This document shows, piece after piece, positions 19,801 through 28,096 of a DNA stretch of 61,623 bases. The notes below the pieces were generated by a model, which saw only the letters and a list, made by a program, of their open reading frames with translations, searched no databases and was not told the DNA's origin. The DNA lies in assembly GCA_964405375.1 (NCBI GenBank), contig CAYONQ010000001.1:1-61623 (forward strand), in the 5' to 3' direction. The stretch's first letter is position 1. The number at the start of each line of letters is the position of its first letter. The stretch is from an uncultured Pirellulales bacterium. GTDB taxonomy: Bacteria; Planctomycetota; Phycisphaerae; Sedimentisphaerales; Anaerobacaceae. The position numbers and the translations under genes are program-made.

Positions 19801-20890
19801 CGTTCTTTCGGCACTGGAATCATCCGGCAATAGATTCGCAATGCAGATTCTCGGCAGGACTCTTGAAGCCGGGCCAAAAGAACAGCCCCATCTGGCCAAT
19901 TACCTGCCGGATACGCAAGGGGCATATCTGATTAGCGTCTTCGCACTTACACTTATTGTAATCTACAGAGGCGGATTCCGGAGCAGACTGGCGGTACTTG
20001 CGTTTAATCTTGTTGTCGGCGGTATTATCTTAAACGCCCAGTATTCGAGCGAACAGATAGCGACCGTACTGTCTTTGCAAACCCCCGCTATGGGATTTTC
20101 GGGGGCATTTCTGCTGGCCGTAGGAATACCAATACTCGTTATATTCTTCGGCAACATCTATTGCGGCTACATCTGTCCATTCGGAGCTGCGCAGGAGCTG
20201 CTCGGCTACGTCGTTGGCGGAAGATTCAAACAGGCGATATCAACAGAAGATATGCGGAGGGCAAGATTCGTCAAATATGCGGTTCTCTTTGTTTTGATAA
20301 TCGTGTTCTTTATTTCAAGAAATCGCACGACTCTGGCAACGGACCCGCTCATAAGGATTTTCAATCTTCGATTTTCAATCTCCAATTTTCAATCAGCAAT
20401 ACTGCTGATAGCAGCGGCAGCTTTGATTGGCTCGATTTTCTATACTCGCTTCTGGTGCCGATATTTGTGTCCCGCAGGGGCCTTTCTGTCACTGTTTAAC
20501 AAGGTGGTGATACTAAAGCGGTACCTGCCGATAAAGAGATTTGGCAGATGTGAATTCGGCCTTACCGGGCAAGACCAGATGGACTGCTTATACTGCGATA
20601 GATGCCGTTACGAGGTAAAAACAACTAAAGAACCCCTGCTGCAGCCCCGTGCGCCGGTGAAGCTGATGAGCCGGTACTTTATGGTAGGTGTACTTATAAT
20701 AGCAGTAGTTGCGTCGACGGTTTCTGTAAGCAGATTTTTACAGGTTACTGCCGGTGGCCTTGAGCGGACCGCCGTTTCGGTGGCTTCCGGCGGTCAGCCG
20801 CGAGACGTCGATTTACAGCGTATCCGCGAGATGATTCGGCAGGGGAAACTGGCCGACAAAGAAGCTGAGTTCTACGAAAAGACTGATTAG
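16880..20890 (+). CDS. 1336-aa polytopic membrane megaprotein: fused MFS-like/spermidine-synthase-like module, FMN-binding domain, and NosR/NapH-like CX3CP plus 4Fe-4S module
   Basis: There are about 7 TM helices, then a SpeE-like fold (ILVVGSGLGLCGE, YDIVIINLPDA, LSPDGVLGV), then about 8 more TM helices. An FMN_bind-like segment ends in VHAVTGATVSSMAV. TM helices carry CGYICPFGAAQE and WCRYLCPAGAFLS. A Cys cluster reads CEFG...CLYCDRCRY. The ATG overlaps the upstream stop (ATGA). Confidence 0.8.
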   Translation: MRFARPVRSKLQGEDTAAAVRISNGARRFLIFSYGLFTIAAQALLFREFITTFEGNDISVGIFFGSWFLWVGLGAMLVYKAEAVAKKLVRNMEFLFLAYLPAFILELILIIQARELAGIEPYALLSVRAILLLSIVVSAPVSVITGMLFPTACRWVQQERELPVSYVYITEAAGGFTGGLGVTVLLGFGVSSATVFLILAFVVCLSVSVIQFAKARERRSDGLPSRLSIVRLSVYLLPLFVVLCLAGGADRPLMRYVRVVKWTKLLPKDALVGSFQTAQAEYLYGVYHGQWIAVREGSVTESLPDEETAGRIAATALCQNHDAKRILVVGSGLGLCGEFLRLRQIEQVTWAHCDSEYVQKVNRFIPAELKINDERLSYLAGDVRSLLGRRPAKDSERKPYDIVIINLPDATSSVLNRYFTLEFYQQVKERLSPDGVLGVRIAGGENIMGTELINLGASTKLTLEKVFSQLVLTPGEDTWFIASDSENLTGDPGTLRDRFATIEGGSDILAAEALLSIYLPGRAATAVENYSAADLPQALLINRDSRPLTHLYSLLLAAKQSGAPITKLVKHLALAGPSAFLIPVLIFVVLRVIYILKTAQRDIRSSFDSAFLVFSAGWVAIGVVISLMFLYQTRFGSLYLHIGVISSLFMAGLTAGAVLTSYLVKRRGKMLLFKVILLHILILIVIAFWPAELWTHPAFAIAFVLCGLCSGSYFPLAAGQLADSAFEPGQAGSKLETADHLGASAGGVLTSIALVPVLGTRATLFVFVLLILANVPAAALKIYRPKLVFSSDAGAFSLRRLGYILFGVGLAVMLCSNLLIYAGRGLRPSLSQYAAQALAGESHIEQASAVVGDNAKKVSYFKVYEPADTAAEKATKEIDTKPPEPGAQKLTGYIFSSEELADEVRGFGGKMNLAIYVDTAGRLINFHIIRSNETPSYLEMLGQWRGLLNGRELFRSRPFADVHAVTGATVSSMAVLSALESSGNRFAMQILGRTLEAGPKEQPHLANYLPDTQGAYLISVFALTLIVIYRGGFRSRLAVLAFNLVVGGIILNAQYSSEQIATVLSLQTPAMGFSGAFLLAVGIPILVIFFGNIYCGYICPFGAAQELLGYVVGGRFKQAISTEDMRRARFVKYAVLFVLIIVFFISRNRTTLATDPLIRIFNLRFSISNFQSAILLIAAAALIGSIFYTRFWCRYLCPAGAFLSLFNKVVILKRYLPIKRFGRCEFGLTGQDQMDCLYCDRCRYEVKTTKEPLLQPRAPVKLMSRYFMVGVLIIAVVASTVSVSRFLQVTAGGLERTAVSVASGGQPRDVDLQRIREMIRQGKLADKEAEFYEKTD
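20356..20397 (+). repeat. In-frame 3 x 14-bp tandem repeat inside the megaprotein CDS (gattttcaatcttc gattttcaatctcc aattttcaatcagc)
   Basis: This is direct reading of the sequence. It encodes IFNLRFSISNFQS between predicted TM segments. Confidence 0.85.
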
Positions 20891-20907
20891 TTTGTAGATA
20901 TGATAAA

Positions 20908-20936
20908 AGCGTGGCGGTCGTTATGACCGCCACGCT
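20908..20936. terminator. Bidirectional hairpin terminator between convergent genes (12-bp perfect stem agcgtggcggtc / gaccgccacgct)
   Basis: The arms are 20908-20919 and 20925-20936 with a 5-nt loop. It lies between the + gene ending at 20890 and the - gene ending at 20972. Confidence 0.7.
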
Positions 20937-20971
20937 CGTAATGCCTCTTCAAAGCCAGATTAAATCGGTGA

Positions 20972-23833
20972 TTAATCTTCATCCAATATCACAACAAGGG
21001 CCCTGTTAGGCAGGCCAAGTTTGTAATTGGCATCGGGGTCGATGGTGATAATCACCTGCTCTGCATTGTCAGGGTCACCATCGTCGATAGGCGTAACGTC
21101 AATGGTCGCAGTAGAATCACCGCCGGCAATCGTTACCGAGCCGCTCAGCGTTGAGTAATCAGTGCCGGCTGTTGCATCTCCACTTACGCTATAATCCACG
21201 AGCAGCGATGATGCGGTATCACCTGTGCGATATACTTTAAATTCGCCGGCGACTTCGTTCACTTCGTAAGCACGGGAATTAGAGGCGGCGACGAATACAA
21301 TAGTAGTGTCATCTCCATTGGGGTCGGTATTATTAAGATACTCCTCTATGTTGGTATAGCCATCGTTGTCGGCGTCCTGGCTGTGGTCCAAGATGTTGGG
21401 GTCGAGAATGCTGCTGTATTGCTCTTCCCAGTAGTTCGGCATACCGTCGCTGTCGTTGTCAGCCAGCGCTGTAAGCGAGTAAAGTGTTGGCCAGCTGCCG
21501 ACCTCATCCTCATCGTCAATGATGGTTCCTCTTCCAATTACAACGTCGCCTATAATACGCACATCAACGGAGTCTACGGCAGGCAAACAGGCACCGGCGT
21601 CGGCAATGACACGTGCATAGGCCGTGTTCGGGTCATCGGTAGCAACTGGGACAACATCATATGGCTCCGACTGTTTGTAAGCCGCTACCAGTGGTTCTGT
21701 AAAGTAGGCGTAGTCAAATCTCCAGAGAACCCACGGGTCTGCCGGATTGTACTCATCGAGCGAATTATCCTCAATATATGATTTGGCGCCAATGCACTGT
21801 TCCTTGTAAATGTGGATGGTGTTGTCGCCGGGTCTGTCTTTGTAATAGTTTCCGACGAAATTGCTTAATGTAATAGTGGCATCATCAGAGTTGTAACCCG
21901 GGGTGGAGTCGAGCCAGCTGTAGATTACATTGTTTCGCCAATCAAAGATCCATCCTATCTTGTCGGCGCCATTGGTATTTTCCGGTCGCGGAGACCGCGT
22001 CTTATGATGTGCATAAAGGTTGTGGTGATAGGTAACTTCTTTGCCATAGTCACCGACGATTAAGGAAGCATAACCGTGGTATACGTCGCCATGAGTCGAA
22101 TGGTTCAGACTCTCGCTAATTATACACCACTGGACGGTAACGTCATCGGAGTGAGTAACTGAAAATGTTTCATCCACCGACCAGCTCGCCGAACAGTGGT
22201 CGAACATAATCCTATTGGCGTGGTAGGCCGACATACTATCCGGCTCAAAAGCCACGTTGTCGCCGGGGCGAGCTCGTAGATAGCGGACAATCACATCATC
22301 AACATAAGGAACTCTAAAACCATAATCCTTAAGGGTTATTCCATCACCCGGAGCGGTCTGACCTGCAATGGTGCAGTAAGAATTCTCAACATTCAAGGTA
22401 TCCTTCAGCGTTATGGTGCCTGAAACGTTAAATACAACGGTTCTGGGCCCCGTGGCATCTGTTGCGGCACGCAAACTGCCGGCAACGGGGGCCTCCATAG
22501 AGTTGTAGTCCTGAAGATTTGTGACAAAAAGTACCGTCCCTCCGCGGCCGCCCTTGGCGCCCTTGCCGGGACCTTCAGCAGTCGGGAATGCCGGGGTGTC
22601 TGTATTAAATGTCCATATCGGGCCTTTGCAGGGAATATTGGCGTCATCGAGCTCGTCTATGCGCCAGTAATAAACAGTGTCCCGCTCAAGTCCGCCGGGG
22701 TCAAAGCTGTTGACATCAAAGTTGCCCTTATAGACGTTGGGGTCGCCCGGCCCGGTCGCGACCGGCCAGGAGTTATTGGCATCACTAACATCGTTCAAAT
22801 TGGTGCCGAAGTACACATCGTGCGAGTTTGCATCATCCGCAGGCGCCCATTTAAGAACAACATTGCTGTCCATGCAAAATGCTTCATCAGCAGGATAGGG
22901 ATTGCTGGCCCATCCGCCAGTACCGGCAATATCCGCTATATCGGCCGCCGACAGTGCGCTATTGTAGATGCGCACATCGTCCATTTTGCCGTCAAACCAG
23001 GCAACCATATTCTTTTTAACGCCTATTCTTACGGGCTCATCATTAAGTATGCCACCGGCGGTAGTTTGTGCGGTGATTCCCGCCGGAAAACCGTCTATAT
23101 AGAAGTTAACGGTCTTCAACGTGGTCAGGGTAACAGCTACATGTTCCCAGTCTCCGGCACTCACAGGAGCAGCTGATTCATAATACACAAAATTTGCACC
23201 TGTACTGGTTTGATGTACCAACCTCAACTTACCGCCTGCGATCGTCATGAATACATAATTTCCCGGATAGTTATCTGCCGCCGTACCGCTGGGCTGTTTG
23301 CCCACAATAGTAGCGGCGGCGGCGGTGCTATCCAGCTTCACCCAGGCGGCAATAGTAATGTTGCTGTCGACGTCGAGACTGTCATCGGTATCCGGAACAC
23401 TAACGTAATCACCGACGCCATCGAAATCAAGTGCGTAGATTCCCTCTGCGCCGGCGACCCAGTTGGGGTCACCGTTGAGCGTGCCGTCGTTGTCGTTGCC
23501 GCTCGAATCGTAGGCGATACTGCCGGAACCCTCTTCAAACCTCCACCGGCCGACAAGACTTGGCCGGGTTAACCAGCGTTTTGCCCATAAAGTATAATCA
23601 TCAAAATCAACGTTGTTATTATCCTCATCAAAGTTGGCCCCGTTGCACCAGTTGTTCGTCGCATTGCAATCGTTCAGCCACTCGGCAGCGAATGCGTCGA
23701 GGTCCTTCCAGTCGATGGAATCGTCCTTAACCAAGTCATAATCGACCGCTGAAACCAGACCCGACACACCAAGTATCACCGCCAGAAGCACCGGCACAAG
23801 GTATGAAAAAAGGTAAGTATTATTATTCTTCAT
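20972..23833 (-). CDS. Secreted multidomain protein: dockerin-like N-terminus, LamG (concanavalin A-like) domain, pectate-lyase-like beta-helix, thrombospondin type-3-like Ca-binding repeats, Calx-beta domain
   Basis: A signal anchor is present. Domain evidence is LamG (GRWRFEEGSGSIAYDSSGNDNDGTL), the PL1-like start TAEGPGKGAKGGRGGTVLFVTNLQD, DNDSDGMPNYWE and DADNDGYTNIEEY repeats, and Calx-beta (VDYSVSGDATAGTDYSTLSGSVTI). Confidence 0.75.
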   Translation of the reverse strand: MKNNNTYLFSYLVPVLLAVILGVSGLVSAVDYDLVKDDSIDWKDLDAFAAEWLNDCNATNNWCNGANFDEDNNNVDFDDYTLWAKRWLTRPSLVGRWRFEEGSGSIAYDSSGNDNDGTLNGDPNWVAGAEGIYALDFDGVGDYVSVPDTDDSLDVDSNITIAAWVKLDSTAAAATIVGKQPSGTAADNYPGNYVFMTIAGGKLRLVHQTSTGANFVYYESAAPVSAGDWEHVAVTLTTLKTVNFYIDGFPAGITAQTTAGGILNDEPVRIGVKKNMVAWFDGKMDDVRIYNSALSAADIADIAGTGGWASNPYPADEAFCMDSNVVLKWAPADDANSHDVYFGTNLNDVSDANNSWPVATGPGDPNVYKGNFDVNSFDPGGLERDTVYYWRIDELDDANIPCKGPIWTFNTDTPAFPTAEGPGKGAKGGRGGTVLFVTNLQDYNSMEAPVAGSLRAATDATGPRTVVFNVSGTITLKDTLNVENSYCTIAGQTAPGDGITLKDYGFRVPYVDDVIVRYLRARPGDNVAFEPDSMSAYHANRIMFDHCSASWSVDETFSVTHSDDVTVQWCIISESLNHSTHGDVYHGYASLIVGDYGKEVTYHHNLYAHHKTRSPRPENTNGADKIGWIFDWRNNVIYSWLDSTPGYNSDDATITLSNFVGNYYKDRPGDNTIHIYKEQCIGAKSYIEDNSLDEYNPADPWVLWRFDYAYFTEPLVAAYKQSEPYDVVPVATDDPNTAYARVIADAGACLPAVDSVDVRIIGDVVIGRGTIIDDEDEVGSWPTLYSLTALADNDSDGMPNYWEEQYSSILDPNILDHSQDADNDGYTNIEEYLNNTDPNGDDTTIVFVAASNSRAYEVNEVAGEFKVYRTGDTASSLLVDYSVSGDATAGTDYSTLSGSVTIAGGDSTATIDVTPIDDGDPDNAEQVIITIDPDANYKLGLPNRALVVILDED

Positions 23834-24107
23834 CTGCTATCCTCCTTTAAAAATAAAAACTGTTAATATGATTTGACTGTCGCCACAGTTTCCTCCTCCT
23901 CACTTTTGTGGGGATATACCTGCCGCCGGCAGGTAAAGTGGCACGTGAAACCTGTTTATTTGTATTAAAGCATTATACCAAGAATCAGCCAATACGTCAA
24001 CATTTGCAAAAAAAAAGGGGGAATATGAATAACGCTGCATATAGGTAATTAGAGCCGCCGGACAGAAACCAGCCGGGAAATACCAGATAAACCGCCAATT
24101 AACGGCG

Positions 24108-25166
24108 TTAAACGGTGATTTCGATGATTTTAACCCTGCTCAAATCCGCTGTTCCCAGCCCTAATTTCTCGGCATAGCTAAGCGTCGGAGCAATCGTTTG
24201 CCGGTCAAAACCATCATCATTATCATCCAGGATTTGCGCACAATAAGCGTCTGTAGCAACCATATCGCCGGATATGATAATTTTGTTGATATCCTTTATG
24301 ACCGAGCCAGGTTTAAAACTGGGGCCTCGGACAGTTAAAATCTTTCGGGCATCGACTATGGTCAGTTCGGGGCGCATTGCATCGGCGAATTCAGCGACGG
24401 TTTTCATAAAAAAGTCTTTGCCCTGCTCGCCGAATTTTTTGAGCTGATTGTGGGAATCCATCCGCTGGGAACAGCAAACGGCACCATAGAAGTTTTTCAA
24501 GGCACAGGTCATAAACGCATTGCCGTGGGTCTTAAGCATCGGCTGATTGATTATGACCGATGCAGCCAGCAGATGCGGATTGACCTTAATATCAGGGTTT
24601 TTCTGCCACCGGTCGCAATAGACAGAGACATACTGCTTTTCATCAGCAGGGTGGGTGCATATTACCTCAACACCCGCCGATTCGGCGATTTCAAAGACCT
24701 TATTTACCTTAAAGACGTATGCCGGGTCGTTATAGCGGTTCAGGACATAGGGGTCGGAAGAGTCGCAAATGGTTACTTTGCCGGCACCGCTTTCTTTCAG
24801 ATGTCGAGCAATTGAAACCAAAAAATGCGGGTCGGAACCGGTTGGGTAAACTCGATGTGAGCCGTAATTGGGCTTGATGAACGCACTATCACCGGCAGCT
24901 ACAATTTTTCCGAGTCCGCCGATGGCATCCAGCCCCTTTGCCAGCATTTTTTCGGTGTCTTTGCCTTCAACAGCAACCAATAAGGGTTTGCCGTCCTCGA
25001 CAAAGAGATTTGATTTTCCCAGCCGGGGCTGTAATTTCTTCTCTTCGCCAGCCCGGATTGAAGACGGCGCAGCTAAATAGGCCGAGATGGCGCTTACAGT
25101 TTTCAGGAATTGCCGGCGCGAAAACCGCAAACGCCACCACCTACACTTATCGCTGGTGCCGTTCAT
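24108..25166 (-). CDS. DUF362 domain protein with a twin-arginine signal
   Basis: SRRQFLKTVSAISAYLAAP is a Tat-type signal. The core AFIKPNYGS...KVTICDSS is DUF362-like. Confidence 0.7.
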   Translation of the reverse strand: MNGTSDKCRWWRLRFSRRQFLKTVSAISAYLAAPSSIRAGEEKKLQPRLGKSNLFVEDGKPLLVAVEGKDTEKMLAKGLDAIGGLGKIVAAGDSAFIKPNYGSHRVYPTGSDPHFLVSIARHLKESGAGKVTICDSSDPYVLNRYNDPAYVFKVNKVFEIAESAGVEVICTHPADEKQYVSVYCDRWQKNPDIKVNPHLLAASVIINQPMLKTHGNAFMTCALKNFYGAVCCSQRMDSHNQLKKFGEQGKDFFMKTVAEFADAMRPELTIVDARKILTVRGPSFKPGSVIKDINKIIISGDMVATDAYCAQILDDNDDGFDRQTIAPTLSYAEKLGLGTADLSRVKIIEITV

Positions 25167-25204
25167 ATCTCACTTGTCTCTATAAAGTAGAGTTAGTGAT
25201 TCTA

Positions 25205-27301
25205 TTACGAATCAAAGAACTTCGACAATTCTCTTAGATTTTTAACCGGGTTGAACCTTCGGGTAAGATTGTTGTATCTAACCCAGAAATAAGCAATTAC
25301 ATAATCATTCTTCAACTCTTCGACGAAGCCGTCTCTTTTTTCCCAGGCTGCCAGCGCATTTGCAACAAGCTTCTTTACCTCTTGGGTATCCAATTGTTCA
25401 ATTCTCTGCTTTACCTTTTCATTCGGGTACGTGTCGCCCACGCCTAATCTGAACCTCCGTGGATAAAGGTCAATATCCAGCGCTGTTAATTTTCTTGTGG
25501 CCCGCGTCGCATCCACCGTCAGTTCGGTGTAACGCAATCCCTTTTTATAGAATTCGACCCTTCTGCGAATCAAATCATCATCCGCCATCTTTTCGGCCTC
25601 GGCCAAATCCTGACGGCATTGCTGGAGCAATTCCGGTGTGAAAAGTACAAGTAAGCGCGTGTTCGCAAGTGAGTTACAACTGACATCTTTTCCGTCCTTC
25701 GTCGCCTCGTTCCATGCCTGTTCAAGCCGTTCGTGAAATCTTTTGACCGGGCCGGCTGCTTTACCAAATCCCTTCTGATAAAAATCATCAAGTATCTGCT
25801 GCTCATCAAGTGAAGTATCCCACAACAGTTTGCCGGCAACATAATAATTTATGCCATTAACTCCGAACTCATCTCCTGACTGCGTCTGATAGAGGTCGAT
25901 TCCGTGCCTATACAGGTACCTTATCGAATCGGCGATATGGGACATTACCAGCCGATGTATACCCGGCCAGGAGCCGTTTATAAAGTACTCATAGATGCCC
26001 GTTTTTTCAGAGGCCTTCGCCCAGCCCGCCGCAATTCCTTCATGCTCGGCCTTGCTTTTGGGGTTGGCATGTCTGTAACAGCTCCACAGACAATATTGAG
26101 GAACCGTAAACGGATGCAGTTTGATTCTCTTTGGAGGTGTAATGTAGCTGGAATATGCCATTGAAACAACGTATTTGCCCGGATGAGTTTTCTGGACCTC
26201 TTCGGCGACCTGATTGATGTAGGTATAGACCCTGTCAGTTATAACAGTACGTCTGGCACGCCTTGCTTGCGTCTCTTCCGCATCGATACCTTCTCCTTCA
26301 ACGACCTCTCTCACATCCAGCGCCCGACACCTCTCGCATTCACAGTATCCGCCTCCATCGTTGAGGGTTACATGAACACCGTCATAATCAGGATGTTCAT
26401 CAAGAAAGTTTCTCACCCACTCGACGACAACTTTGATCACCTCCGGATTGGCCGTGCATATCTGCCCTTCGTGTTTGTAATCGTAATCCGCACCCGGCAC
26501 ATCGCGTTTTCCGTTAACCAATGCATAGTATTCGGGATGCGTTTTGCCGTATTTCTCAGGAGGGAAAATCTCGCCCAGACAGTGCCCGCCATATATCTTC
26601 ATCCCTCCCCACTTATTCCTTTTTTCCCACAATTCAACCTCTTTTTGATGCTGCCGAGTAATGCCTAAAAGAAGCTCTCTTGCGTGCATTTCGGTGGGCC
26701 CTGTGGTGGCACCCCAGAGCGCCCCGCCCGGCCCGCGGTCGCGCCATTTGAAATCCGGCTGGTCGGTATCATCAATCTGACCGACCTTTATCATTTTCTT
26801 TTGGGGAACGACCTCGCCTAATTCGCCCGGCCAAAGCCATCTAACGCCGAGGTACTTCTCCAAAAATGAATAAACGGCAAACTGGGTGCCTGCATCATCC
26901 TTTCCGACCAAAGAGAGGACATTATCACTCGTTTTGATTCTAAAACCCTCTCTTTCAAGCTTATCGGCAGCCAGCCTGGCGTTTGCATTGATTTTATTTT
27001 GCCCGACGGCTATTACATTGCCGGAAAATTCCTCGCCATCTTTCTTTATCGGAATCAAGGCACCTGAAACCTTTTTGATGTAACTTTGAAGCTCTTCAGC
27101 CACAAACATTTCATCCCCACTGGCACGGCTGCCGACTACGATGACTGCCGCGGGCTGGCCTTTTTTGACAATTATGAACTTCTCAGGATGCTGAGCAGAG
27201 GCAGCACTGTATGCAAATCGCGCCAAAAAAGCCAATAGCACAACCACAAAAACCGAAGTCATTAGCTTCCACCACATAATTAAGCTCCTTTCAAAAACCA
27301 T
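25205..27301 (-). CDS. DUF4838-like putative glycoside hydrolase (secreted)
   Basis: A signal peptide is present. HPEYYALVNGKR...QICTANPEV...NDGGGYCECERCRALD is the pattern I associate with DUF4838. The start could be the internal Met at 27277. Confidence 0.55.
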   Translation of the reverse strand: MVFERSLIMWWKLMTSVFVVVLLAFLARFAYSAASAQHPEKFIIVKKGQPAAVIVVGSRASGDEMFVAEELQSYIKKVSGALIPIKKDGEEFSGNVIAVGQNKINANARLAADKLEREGFRIKTSDNVLSLVGKDDAGTQFAVYSFLEKYLGVRWLWPGELGEVVPQKKMIKVGQIDDTDQPDFKWRDRGPGGALWGATTGPTEMHARELLLGITRQHQKEVELWEKRNKWGGMKIYGGHCLGEIFPPEKYGKTHPEYYALVNGKRDVPGADYDYKHEGQICTANPEVIKVVVEWVRNFLDEHPDYDGVHVTLNDGGGYCECERCRALDVREVVEGEGIDAEETQARRARRTVITDRVYTYINQVAEEVQKTHPGKYVVSMAYSSYITPPKRIKLHPFTVPQYCLWSCYRHANPKSKAEHEGIAAGWAKASEKTGIYEYFINGSWPGIHRLVMSHIADSIRYLYRHGIDLYQTQSGDEFGVNGINYYVAGKLLWDTSLDEQQILDDFYQKGFGKAAGPVKRFHERLEQAWNEATKDGKDVSCNSLANTRLLVLFTPELLQQCRQDLAEAEKMADDDLIRRRVEFYKKGLRYTELTVDATRATRKLTALDIDLYPRRFRLGVGDTYPNEKVKQRIEQLDTQEVKKLVANALAAWEKRDGFVEELKNDYVIAYFWVRYNNLTRRFNPVKNLRELSKFFDS

Positions 27302-27333
27302 ATATTGTAACGTTGATACACAATTCGCCAGCC

Positions 27334-27893
27334 ATTATTACACACAATTGACAGGACTTACAACAAAAAAATGTGTGCAAATATCAGATTTTCACGAATG
27401 TAAACCAGACAATTTTCAATAATTTAGTAATTCAGCCCGCTGGTTTTGACGAAAGTATCTGAATAAACGGCCTTTCAGAACCGATAGTAAGTCAGGTTAA
27501 GCGAGACCCAAAATGCAGTAAAATGCACTTAGGAATCCGGCTTGTAGCGGAGAGATAAAAATGGCGAAACATCGCAAAAAAACACGAAAATCACAGGCCA
27601 AGCTGCAGGAGCTTGCCACTGTCGCGTTCACCGAGGACGCAGAACAGGCCAGGGACTATGAGACCTTACTGAAGAACAACGATATACCCGTCATCATCGA
27701 AGAACAGGACGAATCCGCCCAAGATGGCGTTAAAGGCATTGCTGTAATGGTCCCTGAGGATTTTCTCGATGAGGCACACGTAATAATCGAGTCGCAGGAT
27801 GCCTATGATGATTTTTACGATTTTGCGTTGGAAGAAGAAGACGAGGACGACTTCGACAGCGACCTCTTCGAGGGCGAGTTTTAACCGCCACCA
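27334..27893 (+). repeat. Left arm of a roughly 555-bp inverted duplication (partner 45570-46124)
   Basis: Alignment by eye with the reverse complement of 45570-46124 shows the same order of leader, CDS and 9 nt after the stop, with scattered substitutions and one 3-bp indel in the acidic tail. Confidence 0.9.
27561..27884 (+). CDS. Small acidic protein, possibly DUF2007-like fold (copy 1)
   Basis: The 107-aa protein has a basic N-terminus [12 protein letters not shown], a beta-alpha-beta-like core and a poly-acidic C-terminus. A near-identical paralog lies at 45579-45899. Confidence 0.7.
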   Translation: MAKHRKKTRKSQAKLQELATVAFTEDAEQARDYETLLKNNDIPVIIEEQDESAQDGVKGIAVMVPEDFLDEAHVIIESQDAYDDFYDFALEEEDEDDFDSDLFEGEF

Positions 27894-28096
27894 ACCAAGC
27901 AACATCACAGCCGTAAAGTGCTGCAAAAATAATAACCAAATTCGGTCAATCCATAAGCGGTCCTTTTCTACCACTAATGCACAGCGATGAATGTCGAATC
28001 CAAGGGGAAAAGACTTGATATGCACGGGATTATTGATAAACTTGCGACGACAGGTGGGAAAACACAAATAGAAACTACATAAGAGAGGTATCGAGA

